Below are positions 29,565 to 39,651 of a stretch of 64,000 nucleotides of DNA, in pieces. Every line of letters begins with the position of its first letter. Within the stretch, counting starts at the first letter, position 1. The position numbers were made by a program, and so were the translations under genes. The DNA is from Clostridia bacterium. Its GTDB lineage: Bacteria > Bacillota > Clostridia > TANB77 > CAG-508. Under the pieces are notes generated by a model. It worked only from the letters and a program-made list of their open reading frames with translations, did not search any database and was not told where the DNA came from. The stretch is from contig JAAWJM010000004.1 in NCBI GenBank assembly GCA_022796855.1, positions 464-64,463 on the forward strand. The letters run 5' to 3'.

Positions 29565-30020
29565 ATGTTTTTAACTTTTTCATTTCCTGTCGAAGATGAA
29601 ACATCATCTACAGAGATCCGGAATCAAGTCAAACGGATTAATCGCTTTTTTCAAATGAAAGCAGATTTATCTGGTAAATCGCGTTCTTTTGGCATCCAGC
29701 TTTTGACACCAACTAACGTACGACTTAAACGTTTATCGATTGACGACGGAAATTATTATCTTTTTTGTAAGTTTTTCAATCCTCAACGTGAAGAGCAACA
29801 AAAGTTAGCACTCTTCTTAAAGCTTGGAACAGACAAAGACGTCGCTTATGCCTATAAGACTGATGTAACTCGTCTTTCTCATATTTCCAGTTTGCCACTT
29901 CGACAGGTTGCTTTTTGCTATAAATCGAAAAGTATTATTATTGAAGTTGAACTTGCGGATAAGTATCAGATGGACATAGACGCATTTTTGGAAATATTAT
30001 CTCTTGACTCAGAAAACTAA
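29565..30020 (+). CDS. Hypothetical protein (151 aa), compositionally atypical
   Basis: GAAAGGAG RBS and a terminator at 30032-30070. Rich in CGN codons, including two in-frame CGG (29619-29621, 29634-29636). No motif recognised. Confidence 0.55.
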   Translation: MFLTFSFPVEDETSSTEIRNQVKRINRFFQMKADLSGKSRSFGIQLLTPTNVRLKRLSIDDGNYYLFCKFFNPQREEQQKLALFLKLGTDKDVAYAYKTDVTRLSHISSLPLRQVAFCYKSKSIIIEVELADKYQMDIDAFLEILSLDSEN

Positions 30021-30125
30021 TCAGATTTTTCGCCTACTTGAATATCAATTCTTTCAAGTAGGCTTTTTCTATTGATATTTTTCTATTTTCTTCATATAAT
30101 ATTACTAACAGGAAAGGGGATTTTT

Positions 30126-31523
30126 ATGTTTGAAAATGAAATTGATTTATTAAAAGATGATGTGATTACTTCGACTTGTGAATTAGTTCGAATTCCAAGT
30201 GTATTATCAGAGTCTTCAAACCCATCTATGCCTTTTGGTGAAAATTGCAATAAAGCATTAGAATATATGCTAGATTTAGGAAATCGTTTAGGTTTTCGTA
30301 CAAAGAATGTTGATGGATATTGTGGTTATATTGAATTTGGTGAGGGTGATGAGTTAGTTGGAATTGTTGGGCATTTAGATGTTGTTCCAGAAGGTGAAAA
30401 CTGGACGTATCCTCCTTTTTCAGCTACAATTTCTAAAGATAAAATTTATGGTCGTGGTACTATTGATGATAAGGGACCTGTCATTGCTAGTCTGTATGCT
30501 ATGAAAGTCGTAATGGAAACTTGTAAAATAACAAAACGTGTTCGTTTGATTTTAGGCTTAAATGAAGAAAATGATTGGAAATGCATTGAATATTATAAAA
30601 AACATGAGGAAATTCCCAGTTTTGGTTTTAGTCCAGATGCTGACTTTCCTTGTATTTATGCCGAAAAAGGCTTATTAAGTGTATTCATCTGTTCTCCTAT
30701 CGTAAAAGAAAAAATACAAATTGTAAAGATTGATTGCAATCAAAATGCCATTAATGTAGTTCCAAAATATTGTAAAATTACATTATCGGTGGATAAGTCT
30801 ATTTCTTTGGACGACTGTATTCACAATTTACAAAACCTTGTGGATTCACATCATTTTTCTATCTCCATTCATAAAGAATTCATAGAAAAAAATATTTTTT
30901 CTATGAATTCTCATGGCGTAAGTGCTCATGCGGCTCACCCCGATTTAGGAACTAATGCCATCTCGCAAGCACTTGTAGTACTTTATGAATTTTTCGAAAT
31001 GTATGGAATAACAAATGATTTATTATCTTACTTTTATAAAAATTTAAACTTAGAATATAATGGAAAAAGCTTAGGAATTGATGTACAAGATGAGTCAGGT
31101 TTCCTTACTTTAAATGTAGCACAATTAAATATACAGGAATCTAACTTGGTTCTTGGTATGAATTTACGAATTCCCATTCATACTACCATTGACTTTATAA
31201 AAGAAAACATAACGGCTTCTCTTCCCTCTTCTATGGCAGTTAGTTTTTCTGGCGAAAAGAAAGCCTTGTATCTTCCAAAAGACAATTGGCTAATTCAAAC
31301 TCTATGTGAAGTTTTCCATAAAACGACTGGGCTTGATGCCACTCCTATTGCCATTGGAGGAGCAACCTATGCAAGAGCCTTCCCAAACTTTGTATCCTTT
31401 GGAGCAAATATGCCAGGAAATAAAGATATGTGTCATCAAATTGATGAGTTTATCTCGGTTGATAACTTAATGCTAGCAACTAAAATTTATACAAATGCCA
31501 TTTATGAGCTTTGTAAAAGGTAG
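30126..31523 (+). CDS. pepV: M20-family dipeptidase (PepV/Sapep type)
   Basis: GHLDVVPEGENWTYPPFSATISKDKIYGRGTIDDKGP...GGATYAR. ATG at 30126 (MFENEIDLL). Confidence 0.85.
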   Translation: MFENEIDLLKDDVITSTCELVRIPSVLSESSNPSMPFGENCNKALEYMLDLGNRLGFRTKNVDGYCGYIEFGEGDELVGIVGHLDVVPEGENWTYPPFSATISKDKIYGRGTIDDKGPVIASLYAMKVVMETCKITKRVRLILGLNEENDWKCIEYYKKHEEIPSFGFSPDADFPCIYAEKGLLSVFICSPIVKEKIQIVKIDCNQNAINVVPKYCKITLSVDKSISLDDCIHNLQNLVDSHHFSISIHKEFIEKNIFSMNSHGVSAHAAHPDLGTNAISQALVVLYEFFEMYGITNDLLSYFYKNLNLEYNGKSLGIDVQDESGFLTLNVAQLNIQESNLVLGMNLRIPIHTTIDFIKENITASLPSSMAVSFSGEKKALYLPKDNWLIQTLCEVFHKTTGLDATPIAIGGATYARAFPNFVSFGANMPGNKDMCHQIDEFISVDNLMLATKIYTNAIYELCKR

Positions 31524-31549
31524 AATGGTTTTCTCCATTCTGCCTTTTA

Positions 31550-32026
31550 CTATTCTACTAAATCTTCTAATAATATTTTTCTTATTCTGTCAATATCAGG
31601 AAAAATCAAATTAATTCCATTTTCTTTTAATCTAAAGATTTTCTTTACTTTTTCTGTAATCATACGTCTTGTTTCAGAAGGAACTTGTAGAGCTTGTCCA
31701 TTTACTGTATCAATATGGTCAATGTATTTTGAAGTAATGGGGAACATATTTTGTATTAAAAAAGCATGTTCTCTACCTCTATAATTTCCAATTACAATTG
31801 TATCACATTTCTTATATTTACTTATTTTGTTTTCAATAATAGTTTTATATTTTTCTATTTTACTACTCATCGGAATAAACCACATTACTTTATCATCATT
31901 CATTTGTAAACAAAAATAATTTGGTCTTGTCAAATTTCCTTCATGATTTTTCATTAATTTTTCATCGTTTACAAATTCAAAATAACTTTCTTTAATATGA
32001 TATACATAGCCTTGTTTTATTTCCAT
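31550..32026 (-). CDS. Type III toxin-antitoxin toxin, ToxN/AbiQ/CptN-like endoribonuclease (tentative family)
   Basis: 158-aa protein immediately downstream of promoter, tandem repeats and hairpin, which is the canonical type III TA layout. The RPNYFCLQ...WFIPMSSKIEKYK region resembles the ToxN/AbiQ core. Confidence 0.65.
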   Translation of the reverse strand: MEIKQGYVYHIKESYFEFVNDEKLMKNHEGNLTRPNYFCLQMNDDKVMWFIPMSSKIEKYKTIIENKISKYKKCDTIVIGNYRGREHAFLIQNMFPITSKYIDHIDTVNGQALQVPSETRRMITEKVKKIFRLKENGINLIFPDIDRIRKILLEDLVE

Positions 32027-32045
32027 TTATACACCCCTAAAACAA

Positions 32046-32075
32046 GTCCTTTGTTCTTGATATAGAACAAAGGAC
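32046..32075 (-). terminator. Hairpin between antitoxin repeats and toxin gene (attenuating terminator)
   Basis: Perfect 11-bp stem GTCCTTTGTTC / GAACAAAGGAC with an 8-nt loop. Confidence 0.65.
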
Positions 32076-32083
32076 CACTAAAT

Positions 32084-32190
32084 TTACAAAATGATATGAT
32101 TTATTACTCGCACCAATCACAAGCGAGAACATTTGACGAAATGATATGATTTATTACTCGCACCAATCACAAGCGAGAACATTTACTTTC
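32084..32190 (-). ncRNA. Candidate type III antitoxin RNA: 2.1 tandem repeats of 50 nt
   Basis: 32089-32133 and 32139-32183 are identical 45-mers at a 50-nt period. A partial third unit begins at 32184. Each unit has an internal CTCGC...GCGAG stem. Confidence 0.65.
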
Positions 32191-32197
32191 TATATTT

Positions 32198-32227
32198 ATT
32201 ATACAATCCTTTTACTTTAAAAGTCAA
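32198..32227 (-). promoter_or_regulatory. Sigma-A promoter of the type III TA operon
   Basis: Minus-sense TTGACT (32222-32227), 18-nt spacer, TATAAT (32198-32203). Confidence 0.6.
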
Positions 32228-32331
32228 GCGCTTTTATACAATAAATATATTATATTTTATGCAATTCTTTTAAAAATATTAATTTCTGGCAACAAAAAAT
32301 GACCCCAAGGGTCATTTTCTTGTTTACTATA

Positions 32332-32613
32332 TTATTCTGCTGAATCTTCTGCTACTTCAGCATCTGGAGCATCATAAGCTTCTAAGATAGCTGCTTGGAT
32401 TTTCTCTCTTGTTTCAGCATTGATTGGATGAGCTATATCTTTGAAATCTCCGTTTGGAGTTTTTCTGCTTGGCATAGCTATAAATAATCCATTTTGGCTT
32501 TCGATAACTTTGATATCGTGTATTACGAATTCATTATCGAATGTTACAGAAGCAACAGCTTTCATTCTGTTCTCTGAATTTACTTTTCTTAAACGTACAT
32601 CTGTAATTTGCAT
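32332..32613 (-). CDS. spoVG: Septation/sporulation regulator SpoVG
   Basis: [65 protein letters not shown]. Confidence 0.93.
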   Translation of the reverse strand: MQITDVRLRKVNSENRMKAVASVTFDNEFVIHDIKVIESQNGLFIAMPSRKTPNGDFKDIAHPINAETREKIQAAILEAYDAPDAEVAEDSAE

Positions 32614-32890
32614 ATTGCGCACCTCTTTCTCATGTTTTATATTTGTACATAAAATTGTACTATCTATGTACAAATATATTATTCGTCAAAAATAACTTTT
32701 TTCCTTCTTGTTTTTACAAAAAAGAAAAACTTTTTTACGAAATTGTTCCTTTTCTTTTATAGGATACATATTTTTAACACTTTTTATACATAATACATAA
32801 AATAATATTGAAAAAAAAACGGTTACAGTATATAATTGTTTTGTTGTAAATTATATACTATGATTTGTAAAATAAAAGGGGCGAAAAATC

Positions 32891-34276
32891 TTGGCAAATA
32901 TTGATAATATAAAAAAATATAAACACGTACATATGCTTGGTATTGGTGGAGTTAGCATGAGTGGCATCGCGGAAATTTTACATCGTTTTGGTTTTACGGT
33001 TACTGGTTCTGATGCAAACGATTCTTCTATTATTCGCAAATTACAAAAAAATGGTATCCCAGTTACCATTGGGCATGATTTTGATCATTTAAAAAAAGCA
33101 GATGCGGTTGTATATACTGCTGCGATTAAACAAGATGATCCTGAAATGGTTGTTGCTAAACAACAAGGTATTCCTATGATTGAACGTTGTGATTTTTTAG
33201 GTGAGCTCACGAAATCGTTTTCCAATACAATTGGCATTTCTGGTACTCATGGTAAAACTACTACTACTTCTATGGTTTCCGTTTGCTTTTTAAAGGCAGG
33301 GCTTGACCCTAATATTCAAGTTGGTGGTATTGTAAAACAAATTGATGGCAATTACCGTGTAGGAAATAGCGATTATTTTATTATTGAAGCTTGTGAATAT
33401 GTTGAAAGTTTTCTAAAATTTAGACCAAAAGCAGAAATTATTTTAAACATTGATAATGACCATTTGGATTATTTTAAAACCTTTGAAAACATTAAAAATG
33501 CTTTTGTAAAATATGTAAAATTATTACCAGATGACGGTTTTTTGGTGTTAAATGCAGATGATAAAAATTGTCTCGATTTAACTAAGTACACTAAGGCTTC
33601 TTATACAACATATGGCATTGAAAACAAAGATGCTATTTTTACCGCTCGCCAAATTGAATTCGATGATAATGGGTTTGCGAAATTTGATGTATACAAAAAT
33701 AACGAATTGTTTGAACATATTGAATTATCGGTCGCTGGCATGCATAATGTGTTAAATGCTCTTGCTTGTATTAGCTTATGTGACCATTATGGAATTTCTA
33801 GTAGAACAATGAAAGAGGCCCTAAAAGAATTTACTGGAGCTGGTAGACGTTTGGAATATAAAGGTAGCTTCCACGATATTTCGGTTTTTGATGATTATGC
33901 TCATCATCCTACCGAAATAAAAGCAACTTGTCATGCTTTAAACAATAAGAAATTTCATGAATCATGGGTTATCTTTCAACCTCATACCTATAGTAGAACG
34001 AAAAACCTATTAGATGATTTTGTAAGTGCCCTTAGTGAATTTGACCATATTATTGTTGCTGATATTTATGCCGCACGTGAATCCAATACTTATGGTGTTT
34101 CCTCAAAAGACATTGTCGACCGAATTAACTCGGTAAGAAGCACAAACCATTGTGAATATATTTCAGATTTTAAGGATATTGTTTCCTATGTAAAAAACAA
34201 TGCTAAACCACATGATATTGTCTTAACCTTAGGTGCAGGCAATGTAACCGATATTGGACCTATGATATTAGAATAG
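32891..34276 (+). CDS. murC: UDP-N-acetylmuramate--L-alanine ligase
   Basis: HMLGIGGVSMSGIAEIL...GISGTHGKTTTTSM...DDYAHHPTEI. TTG start at 32891. Confidence 0.93.
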   Translation: MANIDNIKKYKHVHMLGIGGVSMSGIAEILHRFGFTVTGSDANDSSIIRKLQKNGIPVTIGHDFDHLKKADAVVYTAAIKQDDPEMVVAKQQGIPMIERCDFLGELTKSFSNTIGISGTHGKTTTTSMVSVCFLKAGLDPNIQVGGIVKQIDGNYRVGNSDYFIIEACEYVESFLKFRPKAEIILNIDNDHLDYFKTFENIKNAFVKYVKLLPDDGFLVLNADDKNCLDLTKYTKASYTTYGIENKDAIFTARQIEFDDNGFAKFDVYKNNELFEHIELSVAGMHNVLNALACISLCDHYGISSRTMKEALKEFTGAGRRLEYKGSFHDISVFDDYAHHPTEIKATCHALNNKKFHESWVIFQPHTYSRTKNLLDDFVSALSEFDHIIVADIYAARESNTYGVSSKDIVDRINSVRSTNHCEYISDFKDIVSYVKNNAKPHDIVLTLGAGNVTDIGPMILE

Positions 34277-34280
34277 CAAA

Positions 34281-34312
34281 AAGCGAGCCAAGTACACTCC
34301 TTGAGCTCGCTT
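34281..34312. terminator. Terminator after murC
   Basis: AAGCGAGC ... GCTCGCTT stem followed by TTGTTTTG. Confidence 0.6.
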
Positions 34313-34322
34313 TTGTTTTGAC

Positions 34323-34749
34323 TTACCAGAAACAACGCCCATTTTGTTGCTTATATGCAAATGTCATCTCCCCATTTGTCGGTTCTTGCCATTTCCGGCA
34401 ACGAAGAACACAAAATTCTTCATTGTTATAAATTCCTACTCGAATTTCCGGATGTGCAGCTACCCCAAAATTAAATATCTGCTGTGATTTTTTCGACTGA
34501 AAAATGAAAAAGTATTCCTTTCCATCATCAATCTTTTTCCTTGAAGCTGGCAAAAAAAGAGGCTGACCATATACACTTATATCAATTGGCGTACATTTCA
34601 TTTTCTCTTCTGTATCATGTCGTGTTACTGTATAACACTGTTCGGCTTTGTTCCGAAAAACGGGAAGGCATTTTTCGACCTTTCCATTTTTCTTAACTTG
34701 ACCAATCATTCCATATAAAAATAAATTTCCTATTTCCATACGGTTTCCT
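34323..34749 (-). CDS. Hypothetical protein (141 aa), compositionally atypical
   Basis: GGAGGAAACCGT RBS before the ATG at 34749 (MEIGNLFLYG...). GC-richer codons. Two in-frame CGG (34653-34655, 34395-34397), and the ORF stays open under standard decoding. Confidence 0.5.
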
Positions 34750-34823
34750 CCTATAAGTCTTTGAATTATACAATACGTTACATAATGCATTATAACTTAC
34801 TATTACGCATTTTGTCAATAGCA

Positions 34824-36057
34824 TTACCTTACTTCTCGTGCTTGTTTGATCATTAGGTCGGCAAATACGGCGTAGCCGGTTTCGGGGTCTCCTACTAGTA
34901 CATGAGTTAGGGCTCCTATTACTTTATCATTTTGAATAATTGGGCTTCCACTCATTCCTTGTATAATTCCCCCTGTTTTTTCTAATAGTTCTTTATCTGT
35001 TACTTTTATTAACATACTTTTATTGTTTTCGTTATTGTTTCTATAAATTCTTTGTATTTCAATTTCATAGGCTTGTTTTTTACCATCTTCTAACATGCAT
35101 AGTATGGTTGCTTTTCCTTCTTTTATTTCATCTCTTGAAGCAACTTCCATGGCATCTTTTACATTTATATTTAGAAGACCTGTATTGCTAAGAGTACCAA
35201 AAATCCCAAACTCTGTGTTTTTGGACACCCTACCAATGACACTACTATTTTCAATAGAACCTTGTATTTTTCCAGGATTTCCTCTTTTTCCTTTTGTGAT
35301 AGAAATAATTTTTGTTGTTACAAAATCTCCTTTTGCAATTTCAATTAAGCTACCTGTATCCACATCTTGAATACCATGTCCTAAAGCAGCAAAGGTTTTG
35401 GTTTCTGGCTCATAAAAGCTAACCGTTCCTACTCCTGCTGCAGCATCTCGTACCCATAGTCCTAATTTGTAATGATTATCGGTTCCTTTTGCTGGTATCA
35501 TAGTCGTTTGTAAGGTATCCTCTCCTTTTATATATTGTACCATAACTTCTTTTCCACCTGAGGCATTTACTTCGTTTATTAAGTCTGCTGTACAAGTAAC
35601 CGTATTTTGATTAATTGCAATAATTCTGTCTCCTTCTTCAATTCCACTATTTTCATATGGTTTATATTTCACATGGTCATTTCCCTCTATTTCTCCCATA
35701 CCTACTACCAATACACCGGCTTGTGTATAGTTTTAGTCCCACAACATTTCCAAGTGGTACCACATAACTTTTGGGAATGACATTTACACTAATTTCTTTT
35801 AAAGGAATCGCACCAAATAGGTTTAATGTATAGTCTTTTCTACCTATTTTTTCGTTACTTTCCGATAAATTACTAGAAGCTTGAACTACCTCATAATTTT
35901 GTGTTTTTTGGGTTATATTAATACCAAGTAAGGTTTTTAAATGATATTTTTCTCCTTGAAATAGCATAATATTTTTAGGAATGGATGTAATATTACATGT
36001 ATATAAGAATAACAATAATAAAAAACTAACAATAAATATTTTTCTAAAATGTTTCAT
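34824..36057 (-). CDS. spoIVB: Stage IV sporulation signalling protease SpoIVB (S55); needs a +1 shift at CGG 35716-35718
   Basis: N-terminal TM, then ...VVGLKLYTS. The +1 frame then gives GVLVVGMGEIEG... (PDZ) and GMSGSPIIQNDKVIGALTHV (catalytic Ser). Length 1234 = 3n+1. Confidence 0.88.
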
Positions 36058-36122
36058 TTTTACCCTCGCATTTTTAATATTTATTATTAGTCTTTCCATA
36101 TTTTTTAAATTTCAAACATAAA

Positions 36123-37619
36123 TTAATTTGCTATTTTGTAATGTTTTAACATTTTTGTTATTTTATCTAAATCATAACGTTCTCTAGCCAAAGCTCTGTA
36201 ATAGCTTTCTTGTAATACTTTTGGCAATTTTTTAAATACTTCTTCATCTACTTCCTCATTTAACGAGTTGACAACACAAGTATAGCATGCATATTCTGGA
36301 TGTTTATAATGATATTTTGTATGGTCTAATGAATTTTGTACTCTCTTTAATTCAATACTTTTGTAACCTACCACATGACTATTATTATTAATACTTTCTT
36401 CTAAAATTGGGCAATTAATTCGATGATAGGTATCTAGTCCATCTACAATAAAATAAAGGGAATCTGCATTTACATATTGTTTATTGGCTGTTGTGGTTAC
36501 AATCGAATAATTATTATAAATTTTGGTTCCTACTTGAATTCCTTGCATAAAGCTAATCATATTTACATTAGTCAATATCTTTTCCCAATCTTCATCGGTT
36601 AAAATTGGCATTTTAAAATTCGCATTTGTTCCCATACTTGGTGAATGTTCATTATACACTTTAATGGCATTATTCAAATTTTCTTGAATTGACCTTTTCA
36701 TGATTTCTCTTTTATGTTGTGTAAAAACTGCTTCCCTTTTTTCTGGATCATTATCTGATGATATATTTAAAATTTCTGTATGATCATTAAGAAATTCCCC
36801 ATCGTATTCTCGGTAATACTGTCCATCACTTCGCACGGCATTATGTGGAGTTACAACACTTTTTAGAGATGCATCATTAATAATCATTTTGGTAAAATCA
36901 TATGCTTCTTGATAATATTGTTTTGAAGCACTACTATCACTTTCTATGTCATTTCCCTGTTCATTACGTTGCCTTAATTTTTCTACTTCCATTGTATTTA
37001 ATTTATTTTCTCCTGGCATTTGATATTTTATGACATTACCATTACTATCTACTTCTATTTTACTTGTATCAATCAAATAGCCCGAACATGATACATATTT
37101 ACCATTCAAATAACCATATATTGTTACATAATTGTCTAATGAATAATTGACAATGATATCATTATTCGATGATGTTTTGTACCTTCCTGTGTAATGAATA
37201 TATGGTTTTAATATATGTTCATAACCAGTTCTTTGTTCTCCATTATATTCATAATTATATTCATGTGGTGAATAAATATAGTAACCATCATATAATGTAA
37301 ACACCAATGCTGGAATATATGCCATAACCGAATTTTTGCCCGCACCTGATGTACCAAAATTAACAGCAAGTGAAGTAGAAAATGTATTAATGGCAGCTTT
37401 AATATCACGTCTTATCGAATCAGCATTTGTTGAATATTTGTTATTCACCGTGTTTAATTCAAAAGCTACTACTGCATCATGTGTTGCATCAATTAATCTA
37501 GTATCATATTTTTGTGAAAGTAGTATGGTATCCATTTGTACACCAATATAGGCAGACAAAATTAAGGTGATTGGTATTATAATGATTGAAAATATCACCG
37601 TCAAGCTTTGTAATTTCAT
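36123..37619 (-). CDS. Membrane-anchored hypothetical protein (498 aa), last gene of the Tad-like locus
   Basis: N-terminal hydrophobic helix MKLQSLTVIFSIIIIPITLILSAYIGV. Co-oriented and tightly spaced with the upstream pilin-like genes. Confidence 0.6.
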   Translation of the reverse strand: MKLQSLTVIFSIIIIPITLILSAYIGVQMDTILLSQKYDTRLIDATHDAVVAFELNTVNNKYSTNADSIRRDIKAAINTFSTSLAVNFGTSGAGKNSVMAYIPALVFTLYDGYYIYSPHEYNYEYNGEQRTGYEHILKPYIHYTGRYKTSSNNDIIVNYSLDNYVTIYGYLNGKYVSCSGYLIDTSKIEVDSNGNVIKYQMPGENKLNTMEVEKLRQRNEQGNDIESDSSASKQYYQEAYDFTKMIINDASLKSVVTPHNAVRSDGQYYREYDGEFLNDHTEILNISSDNDPEKREAVFTQHKREIMKRSIQENLNNAIKVYNEHSPSMGTNANFKMPILTDEDWEKILTNVNMISFMQGIQVGTKIYNNYSIVTTTANKQYVNADSLYFIVDGLDTYHRINCPILEESINNNSHVVGYKSIELKRVQNSLDHTKYHYKHPEYACYTCVVNSLNEEVDEEVFKKLPKVLQESYYRALARERYDLDKITKMLKHYKIAN

Positions 37620-37698
37620 CTTTCTACCACCACCTTATCTTATTGTATTTATGTTTCATTTATTTAGGGCAATAAAAGGTATCAGCCCCTTATCATTC

Positions 37699-38232
37699 TT
37701 ACTTTTCGCTTCCATTTGCCATGACTACTCCTGAATGAGATGCCGTTATGGCGTAGGTATCATTTCCCGTAATACTATAAAAGAAGTTTTTTAACATTTG
37801 TCCAATTGTTGTATTGGTATTTTTAACATTAACAGAAATAATATCTCCTTCTTTTAGTTTCATTGTTTTTGTATTACTATTATTGATTTTATCTAAAATT
37901 TGTGACGTATATTCTGAATAGTAAATATTTTCACCAATTTTATCACCACTAGTTTGTGCTGTTTTTTTACCTGGATTTTCATCCAATACTTTTAATTCTA
38001 ATTCAACATCATAGCTATTGCCAGTTGCTGCTAATGTTTGGGTATAAGAAGAATAATTTTCTTCTGTTATCCTTCCTGTTTGACGAATATTATCAACAAA
38101 TTCAACCGTTGCTGTTTGAGCTGCCATTTGTGCTATGTCATCATTTCTTTCTGATATCGACATTAGTGGAAACACAAACATTAAGATTGCTGCTAAGAAA
38201 ATGGCTACAATTGTAATTAATGAATCACCCAT
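37699..38232 (-). CDS. Pilin/pseudopilin-like protein with N-terminal hydrophobic helix (177 aa)
   Basis: MGDSLITIVAIFLAAILMFVFPLMS. Lies within the Tad-like locus. Confidence 0.5.
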   Translation of the reverse strand: MGDSLITIVAIFLAAILMFVFPLMSISERNDDIAQMAAQTATVEFVDNIRQTGRITEENYSSYTQTLAATGNSYDVELELKVLDENPGKKTAQTSGDKIGENIYYSEYTSQILDKINNSNTKTMKLKEGDIISVNVKNTNTTIGQMLKNFFYSITGNDTYAITASHSGVVMANGSEK

Positions 38233-38265
38233 TTTAATTCCTCCCTTTTTGTTTTCTTTATATCA

Positions 38266-39084
38266 TTATTGCATAATGTATATAATTTCTAATTTCTTAT
38301 TTCCTCGTATTGTTTCAATCGAGTCTTCTCCATCGGTTAGTGTTTCACCACTTGTTGCAATTTCAATAAATTTTTCTTTAAATTGTCTATTTTTATATTG
38401 CGACAAGTTTTTTCCATAGTATGTAACAGCATAAGAGCCATAATCCTTAACATAAGTACCATTGGGAACCATATCTGCACGAATTCGATCTACTGTATCT
38501 GTATCAGGTTCTCCTACCCAAGGTGATACTACTGTAATAATATCCGATCGATCATTCGTTTTTCCATAATATAATAAACGGTTCATAGAAGTTAATAAAG
38601 TCGATTCATTTCCAATATAGTCCATTATATTAACATTGGTTCCTAACTCATTATTCACTACTGATTGTACTTGCTGTAATCTTGCTTCTACCTCTTTCAC
38701 TCTCGCCTCAGCATCCGTTTTATTTTTTTGATTACCACTGTTCAAATTTTTAATTGTTTCATTCCAGTTTGCCATAAAGCCTTCTGTATATAGGTCATAG
38801 CGAACAATTGGAATGCCTGTATGATCAAATATAGTCACTGCATATTGCTCTTTGGCATAGCGATGAATGGTAGGAAGCATTGTTTCAAAACTAACAATTC
38901 GATCTTCCCTTGTATTATAACTTTCTTCCGTAGCATAATCATAAAAATTTGTTTTATCAGTTGCTTGAAAAACAATGTCTGCTACTACTCTTGCTTGTCC
39001 TATTACAGAGAAAGTTAGTGCTACGGCAATCGCAAACACTAATAGGGCAAACCCAATTTTAAGTGCATCTACTGCATTTTCCAT
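38266..39084 (-). CDS. MENA-family pilin-like protein 4 (272 aa)
   Basis: MENAVDALKIGFALLVFAIAVALTFSVIG. Confidence 0.55.
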   Translation of the reverse strand: MENAVDALKIGFALLVFAIAVALTFSVIGQARVVADIVFQATDKTNFYDYATEESYNTREDRIVSFETMLPTIHRYAKEQYAVTIFDHTGIPIVRYDLYTEGFMANWNETIKNLNSGNQKNKTDAEARVKEVEARLQQVQSVVNNELGTNVNIMDYIGNESTLLTSMNRLLYYGKTNDRSDIITVVSPWVGEPDTDTVDRIRADMVPNGTYVKDYGSYAVTYYGKNLSQYKNRQFKEKFIEIATSGETLTDGEDSIETIRGNKKLEIIYIMQ

Positions 39085-39109
39085 AACACTTTCCTCCTAA
39101 TGATAATTT

Positions 39110-39550
39110 CTATTTTGAACCATTTTTCGTAATAACAGCTTTATTTACTAAACCTGCATCGCTATATTCTAATACTACTGTGTAGGTTGCACCTGTATTA
39201 ATTTTAGCTCTTGCAGAAGACATTAAATTGGTGTTTAGTTGGTCTTTTGTAGCAGTAATTTCAGTTCCATCAATTGAAATAGATACTAATTTTCCTTCTA
39301 TTTCTTGATTCGTACTATTATTTGACATCGCATTTCCAATTAATGCTTTTACTTTATTTCCACTAACTTTTTCTCCTTCATAGTTTATATAAGGTTCATT
39401 AAACATCATTTTTTCTTGTTGGCTCATCTGTCCAAGACCTTCTTCGATGTTTCCGATTGCTCCTTGGTATATCATCATACCAACCCCAATCAATAAAATA
39501 CAAATTAGAATTGCTCCTGCAATTAGTAACGCTTTTGATGCATTCTCCAT
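39110..39550 (-). CDS. MENA-family pilin-like protein 3 (146 aa; candidate major subunit)
   Basis: MENASKALLIAGAILICILLIGVGMMIY. Small and Ser/Thr/Asn-rich globular part. Confidence 0.55.
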   Translation of the reverse strand: MENASKALLIAGAILICILLIGVGMMIYQGAIGNIEEGLGQMSQQEKMMFNEPYINYEGEKVSGNKVKALIGNAMSNNSTNQEIEGKLVSISIDGTEITATKDQLNTNLMSSARAKINTGATYTVVLEYSDAGLVNKAVITKNGSK

Positions 39551-39651
39551 AATTTTTTCCTCCTTTGAATTTGTTTATTTTTTATATAAAATTAGATTAA
39601 TTTTTAATCTAAAAGTTAATAACATCTTTTTTAGTTTTTCGTTATAGACCA

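Noticed and set aside
29377-29607. 76-aa minus-strand ORF.
   Set aside because: It has no RBS, overlaps the start of the better-supported plus-strand gene at 29565, and lies in a promoter-like AT-rich spacer.
32084-32190. Tandem 50-nt repeats considered as a CRISPR array.
   Set aside because: The repeats are directly abutting with no unique spacers. There are only 2.1 copies and no cas genes. The layout fits a type III antitoxin RNA instead.
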